Of a DNA stretch of 32,000 nucleotides, positions 28,501-32,000 are shown one piece after another; position 1 is the first letter of the stretch, and each line of letters begins with the position of its first letter. The DNA is from Candidatus Saccharimonadota bacterium. Its GTDB lineage: Archaea > Micrarchaeota > Micrarchaeia > Micrarchaeales > Micrarchaeaceae. The notes under the pieces were generated by a model that saw only the letters and a program-made list of their open reading frames with translations, was not told the DNA's origin and made no database searches. Made by a program: the position numbers and the translations under genes. Location of the stretch: NCBI RefSeq assembly GCF_002214165.1, contig NZ_CP019964.1, forward strand, positions 720,001 through 752,000, in the 5' to 3' direction.

Positions 28501-29629
28501 ATGAAACTGTCGTTGAATTGCAGTATATTGGTATTGATCCTGTCGAATTGTAGTACTTTACGCCGTTTGATTCCGCATATGTGAAGTTCTCGTATGCCTC
28601 GTTTGATACCAGTGTAACCTGTGATGGCGTTGAGTAGTTAAGTTCGGAATTGCATATTGTGGTCCCAGTTGCATTCTTTGTGAATGTGGTGCTGTTGATT
28701 GGAGTTGTTATGGTAACCTTACCATAAGGGACATTGAATATCAAGTGGTACTGGGTTACAGGTGAAAAGTTTATGTATACGTAATGGCTTGTGTAATTTC
28801 CAAAAGTCGCATTCACTTTTATGTTGCCAATAGTTGTTCCATATACAAATGAGTGTGCGATTCCCTGCGACGAGGTAGATGCATAAGTAGGGAACAATGT
28901 TTCCTCATCTGGAACCTCTGTGAAATTCACAGTTGATCCTGCAAGAGGATATCCGAGGAATATGACATTTGCGGTCAGTTCGTCAGGATAATTATCAGCA
29001 GGCCATCTTCCGTTGTGACCACTTGATGCATTAAGTGAAATTGTCAATGAAGGCTTTACCACCAATGCGACATGTGCATTGAATTTTCCTGCATAAATCT
29101 GCTTTGGTGCATTTGTACATGAGGAAGAATTTGATAGTGCACAGTCATCAGAATTTAAATAAAGGTTTCCATATGCATAGGCATTTGTTGGTAAGTACGT
29201 CGACATATTTGCAATGCATATTATGGATCCTCCAGGAAGCACATAACTTGGATAGCAAGAATGGGTAACATTAACCTTGTTATATTCTACAGTAATTGAT
29301 GGATCTTTTATAGCGTAATCTTTGCTATTTGTAAGAAGCAGAGATATTGTAGATGTATGGGATATTGAATTTGATCCAAGTTCCATGTCCTCGCAGTTTG
29401 CTCCTGTTGTAAACGAGCAACTGTTTGGAATCACACTAGATGGGACCGCAACGAAAAAGTATAGGAGTGACACTATTATTGCAATTATAAGTATTGCCCA
29501 ACCATAAGTAACAAGGTATTCAAGAGCAGATTGCGCTTCACTGTGCTCTTTTATGGAGTCAGTTTCAATCTTTTTCTCTAGCCTTTTCATGCTCTTTTTG
29601 CTATCTCTCTTATTACGGCGATCCGCCAT
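25532..29629 (-). CDS. Giant (1365 aa) surface protein: class III (type IV pilin-like) signal peptide plus about 12 InlB-B-repeat-like (YxFxxW) beta domains
   Basis: 'AQSALEYLVTYGWAILIIAIIVSLLYF' (aa 32-58) matches the archaeal class III signal / pilin N-terminal motif. Downstream modules repeat as 'YDVYLTELS.PS....L.PGSGWY.P.SSITLSE.NNTGYKF.NWTGY.....F.M.VP...FTEQAN'. There is no C-terminal anchor. Sequons are dense. Confidence 0.85.
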   Translation of the reverse strand: MADRRNKRDSKKSMKRLEKKIETDSIKEHSEAQSALEYLVTYGWAILIIAIIVSLLYFFVAVPSSVIPNSCSFTTGANCEDMELGSNSISHTSTISLLLTNSKDYAIKDPSITVEYNKVNVTHSCYPSYVLPGGSIICIANMSTYLPTNAYAYGNLYLNSDDCALSNSSSCTNAPKQIYAGKFNAHVALVVKPSLTISLNASSGHNGRWPADNYPDELTANVIFLGYPLAGSTVNFTEVPDEETLFPTYASTSSQGIAHSFVYGTTIGNIKVNATFGNYTSHYVYINFSPVTQYHLIFNVPYGKVTITTPINSTTFTKNATGTTICNSELNYSTPSQVTLVSNEAYENFTYAESNGVKYYNSTGSIPIYCNSTTVSFNYTTYYKLNENVNPSYSSGVVSSSPLSSNGYYKKDSSLQLSAKSSNPKEWVFANWTCAASTSIGSTCYSGNSQSPTIIMSNPVNETANFDPMLSLRVIPGGDGTITASTPSGTSTNSSTFKSYPESYGSKVTLGESPANSTFKFYGYSGLGTGNYTGDNTSPTVTMDYPINETAEYDVYLNELASPSSAASSLLPGSGWYAPDSSITLTEVNNTGYKFAGWTGYENNASSSFTMVVPNTDFTEQANYDVYLTELSSPSNGAKTLSPGTGWYAPDSSITLTEVNNTGYKFVNWTGQFSSTNNQLSITVPSTPFTETAEYAVALKLSVYEHGDGKATVSPGGSTNSSSIFWETPGASLYFTETNTTGYKFAKWVGYDSGNSSNFTMTAPNSPFNETADYDVYLTELSFPSGGAKKLSPGSGWYLPNSSITLSETNNTGYKFVNWTGYEKSTSSSFTMAVPNTDFTEQANYDIYLTELSFPSGGAKTLSPGSGWYFPGNSITLSETNNTGYLFIGWTGYEGSTSSSFGMTVPTEPFTEQANYDVYLTELSYPSNAAYSLSPGSGWYAPGTSITLSGKNNTGYKFVNWTGYEKSTSSSFGMTVPTVPFTEQANYDVYLTELSYPSSGVSSLNPGSGWYFPGSSITLSGKNNTGYKFVNWTGYEKSTLSQFSLTVPSVDFKEQANYDVYLTELSSPSGAAYSLSPGSGWYFPGSSITFSEVNNTGYKFVNWTGYYNPSHVANQCTQYDSCGGSDCPSGISSSDCYTTVQGECNVVLCTYYTYNTTLTVKVPTVPFMEQANYDVALILLVSPSGDGTATASPGGSTTSSSTYWETPYSDISLSYSTSNSCATFNGWTCSGNNCWSGPEQQTTYPYTSAFVVMSSPIVEAATFSLKTYELGLSSSGPGSVSPSSEEVNCGSTIEIEALLKKPPSCSGRTCYVNYLNNWTCSGNGCYSYPGDHPPYTPNPPPYTINVTVYNNMSETANFDTYSYLT
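26114..27973 (-). repeat. In-frame tandem coding repeats, unit 213 nt (71 aa), 8 units with two expanded variants
   Basis: The marker '(G/A)AGCTC' recurs at 26435, 26648, 26861, 27074 and 27287 with an exact 213-nt spacing. In protein coordinates the units start at aa 553, 624, 695, 774, 845, 916, 987 and 1058. Confidence 0.95.
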
Positions 29630-29644
29630 TTATATCTTATATAA

Positions 29645-29660
29645 GATTATATTTATATTA
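29645..29660 (-). promoter_or_regulatory. TATA-box candidate for the giant surface-protein gene (implies a leaderless or short-leader mRNA)
   Basis: On the minus strand, 'ATAAATATAATC' lies about 20-30 nt upstream of the ATG at 29629. No SD-like sequence intervenes. Confidence 0.3.
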
Positions 29661-29729
29661 TTTAATAGTTTCTTTTAAAAGTCGCTCGACCCTACTATTT
29701 AAATATTATTATAACTTATTCTTAATATT

Positions 29730-30695
29730 ATGAAGATTTTAATTCAATTCCCTGAAGGGCTCAAGGACAAGGTTTTTGACTATGCCAAGAAATTGGAGGA
29801 GGAAGGCAACGAAGTTTACATAGATGCACATCCAACATTTGGTGCATGCGACCTTGCTATAGAAGAAGCAAAAACGCTTAAAGTGGATAAATTGATACAT
29901 TTTGGGCACGCGGAATATGGTCATGACAGGCTTCCAAAAGATTTGGGGTTCGAAGTAGAATACAACGAATACAAGATAGAAGCCCCGCTTAACTTGCTCC
30001 CTGAATCTCTTGATTATTTAAAAGATTATGGAGTGATAGGTCTAGTTACTACAGTACAGCACCAGCACCAGCTTAGTGAGATAAAAGAATTTTATGAGAA
30101 AAATGGAAAATCGATTATGATAGGCAAGCCCTATGGGCTGGCTAGGAAAGAAGGCCAAGTATTAGGGTGCGATGTTGGTAGCGCTACAACCATAGATAAA
30201 AGCGTTGATGCATTTGTGTACTTCGGTGGAGGGGTATTCCACCCATTGGGGGCTGTGATAGCGACCACCAAGCCCTTCCTGATAATTGATCCATTCAACG
30301 GAGAGGTCAAATTCATAGACTACATGAGAGAGCAGTACAGCAAGAGACGCAAAGGCCTTATAATGTCTTCGATTAATGCAAAGAAGTTTGGGCTTCTGGT
30401 AAGCACAAAGAATGGCCAGTACAACAAAGCACTTGCCGACTTGTTGAAGAAAAAGATAGAGTCTTCCGGACTGCAGGCAGAGATTCTTATAACGAATACC
30501 TTTGATTTTGGATCAATAGACAATATGATTGATATAGATGCTTTTGTAAATACAGCTTGCCCAAGAATAGCTATCGATGATGTTGACAGAATAAGGAAAC
30601 CTTTATTGGATGCAAATGAGCTTATGGAAGTGCTTAAGATAAAGGAGGATTCAGAAAAGCTTAAAGAAATAGCGGAATCAGGATCACGGTCCTGA
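29730..30695 (+). CDS. dph2: Diphthamide biosynthesis protein Dph2 (2-(3-amino-3-carboxypropyl)histidine synthase)
   Basis: Three conserved Cys contexts 'FGACDLA', 'LGCDVGS', 'NTACPRIA' and an overall three-domain layout. Length 321 aa. Confidence 0.85.
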   Translation: MKILIQFPEGLKDKVFDYAKKLEEEGNEVYIDAHPTFGACDLAIEEAKTLKVDKLIHFGHAEYGHDRLPKDLGFEVEYNEYKIEAPLNLLPESLDYLKDYGVIGLVTTVQHQHQLSEIKEFYEKNGKSIMIGKPYGLARKEGQVLGCDVGSATTIDKSVDAFVYFGGGVFHPLGAVIATTKPFLIIDPFNGEVKFIDYMREQYSKRRKGLIMSSINAKKFGLLVSTKNGQYNKALADLLKKKIESSGLQAEILITNTFDFGSIDNMIDIDAFVNTACPRIAIDDVDRIRKPLLDANELMEVLKIKEDSEKLKEIAESGSRS

Positions 30696-30718
30696 GTTTA
30701 AAATAAAAAACAGAAAAA

Positions 30719-31225
30719 TCAGATTTTTGATTCTTTTAAGTTTTCTATTGCTACTTCTTTGGAATCAAATTTTTCGAATTTCATGAACTTCCCTTTTTCA
30801 AGCTCTTTGTAATGCTCAAAGAAGTGCTTAATCTTGTCCTTCATATATTGTGGGAAATCCTCTATGTCCTTTATGCTTGAAAAAGACGGGTCAACCTTGT
30901 CCACTGGGACTGCTATTACCTTGTTGTCGGACCCTTCTTCATCGGACATTATAGCTATACCTATTGGTCTGCATTTTATTATGTTTCCGGACCCTATAGG
31001 CTGCTGGGAGATTACAAGAATGTCCAATGGGTCTCCATCCTTTGCTTTTGTGCCTAATGCAAATCCGTAGTTTGTCGGATATACCATTGACGTAAAAAGA
31101 AATCTGTCTACGACTACATTGTCCAATTCTGGCTTGTATTCATACTTTATTCCACTTCCCATTGGAATTTCTATAAAGGAGTAGAAGGTTTCAGGAAAAT
31201 CGTCTGTTTGCTTAGAAAAATTCAT
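30719..31225 (-). CDS. ppa: Inorganic pyrophosphatase (family I)
   Basis: '[13 protein letters not shown]', 'VVDRFL', 'YPTNYGF', 'DGDPLDILV'. The ATG at 31225 is preferred (the GTG at 31234 is in the ORF track). Confidence 0.9.
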   Translation of the reverse strand: MNFSKQTDDFPETFYSFIEIPMGSGIKYEYKPELDNVVVDRFLFTSMVYPTNYGFALGTKAKDGDPLDILVISQQPIGSGNIIKCRPIGIAIMSDEEGSDNKVIAVPVDKVDPSFSSIKDIEDFPQYMKDKIKHFFEHYKELEKGKFMKFEKFDSKEVAIENLKESKI

Positions 31226-31740
31226 TTGATGCACCTAAATACAAGAAGAATTCAGCTTCGAGAATTAATGCAGGTACCTTAACAACGTTTAATTTTTTGA
31301 GGTGATCTATCCGCAGGTTCCCCTACGGATACCTTGTTATACCTTAGCCCTCCTCGCGAAACCCTAACTCGAAAATGCCTAATGGCATCGCCTCGTTAAA
31401 ACCTCACTTGGGTGACTTGGTAGGCAGTGTGTGCAAGGAGCAGGGACAAATTCACCGCTCGATAGTGACAAGCGATTACTAGGGATTCCATCTTCATGAG
31501 GGCGAGTTGCAGCCCTCAATCCGAACTTAGGTCAGTTTTAGGGGATTTGCTTTGCCTTTCGGCATTGCGTCCCATTGTGCTGATCTTTGTATGCCGCGTG
31601 TAGCCCGGGAGATTCGGAGCATACTGACGTATCGTCGCTCTCTCCTTCCTCCTCTTTAAACAGAGGCGGTCTCAACAGAGTGCTCAACCTATCTCTAAGC
31701 TGGTGGCAACTGTTGACAAAAGTCTCGCTCGTTTCCGGGT

Positions 31741-31998
31741 TCAATGAATGACACGTGCAACCTTTAAGCTATAACCCTTTATAAGTGCTATAAACAGATT
31801 AGGGTTCAGCATAAATGATTTACTCTTTCCATTTGAATGTATGTTGAGCTTTTCCAATAATAGGGAATCACCCGCATCCAAACGATTGATATAAATCCTG
31901 CCATTGCTAGTCCTTCCTCCATTGTAATCAAATATCGCTGCAAAATATGCAGATGAATATTCATTCAGGTATTTGAATATAAAGGATTTCCTTTCTAA
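31741..31998 (-). CDS. C-terminal 85 aa of an intron-encoded ORF, LAGLIDADG-like homing endonuclease candidate (N-terminus outside the window)
   Basis: Hand translation gives ...FIFKYLNEYSSAYFAAIFDYNGGRTSNGRIYINRLDAGDSLLLEKLNIHSNGKSKSFMLNPNLFIALIKGYSLKVARVIH*. The frame is open to the window edge. 'YFAAIFDYNGG' followed by beta-strand-like segments resembles a degenerate second LAGLIDADG motif. Confidence 0.4.
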   Translation of the reverse strand, partial: LERKSFIFKYLNEYSSAYFAAIFDYNGGRTSNGRIYINRLDAGDSLLLEKLNIHSNGKSKSFMLNPNLFIALIKGYSLKVARVIH

Positions 31999-32000
31999 GG
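31746..32000 (-). other. Putative 16S rRNA intron (the 3' boundary is good to about 30 nt; the 5' part is outside the window)
   Basis: rRNA-like sequence stops just upstream of the AACGAGCGAGAC block. It is replaced by AT-rich sequence carrying a long open frame. Confidence 0.55.

Larger units (their letters stand above)
31298..32000 (-). rRNA. rrs: 16S rRNA gene, 3' portion (3' exon about 31298-31745) followed upstream by a non-rRNA insertion; it continues beyond the window
   Basis: The minus strand reads ...AACGAGCGAGAC...GGGCTACACGCGG...CCTTGCACACACTGCCTACCAAGTCACCC...AACAAGGTATCCGTAGGGGAACCTGCGGATAGATCACCTCA-3'. This is collinear with the 16S region from about E. coli position 1100 to the 3' end. 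Confidence 0.9.

Noticed and set aside
31538-31744. 68-aa minus-strand ORF 'MNPETSETFVNSCHQ...'
   Set aside because: It lies entirely inside the 16S rRNA 3' exon, so it is a chance ORF in structural RNA.

Overview
This is an AT-rich, gene-dense archaeal chromosomal segment. The archaeal assignment rests on a PolD DP1/DP2 operon, FEN1, aMBF1, ribosomal proteins S8e and L10e, Dph2, TATA-like promoters and a class III (pilin-type) signal peptide. Most of the window is information-processing and housekeeping: a UPF0147-polD operon, PolX, mbf1-fen1, two tandem ftsZ paralogs, rps8e, rpl10e, rad50, dph2, ppa and tRNA-Arg(CCG). The 5' edge carries the 3' part of an IS200/IS605-type tnpB. The 3' edge carries the 3' portion of a 16S rRNA gene on the minus strand.

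The most unusual features are:
1. A 1365-aa protein (25532-29629, minus) has an archaeal pilin-like class III signal peptide followed by about 12 YxFxxW-type beta-repeat domains. These include a nearly perfect 213-nt tandem array. It is a candidate giant filament-borne or membrane-anchored adhesin.
2. The 16S rRNA carries three compensated base-pair swaps at the top of helix 44 (decoding site). It has mismatches to the 1392R and 1492R universal primers, what looks like an intron with a LAGLIDADG-like ORF, and no linked 23S.
3. A 156-aa protein is translationally coupled to rps8e, and its C-terminus mimics the ribosomal P-stalk tail.
4. rad50 has no adjacent mre11 and is divergently paired with a Mut7-C/PIN-like nuclease gene.
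5. The two ftsZ paralogs share a 35-nt perfectly identical tract.

No CRISPR array was seen. All family assignments come from motif recognition by eye; no searches were run.
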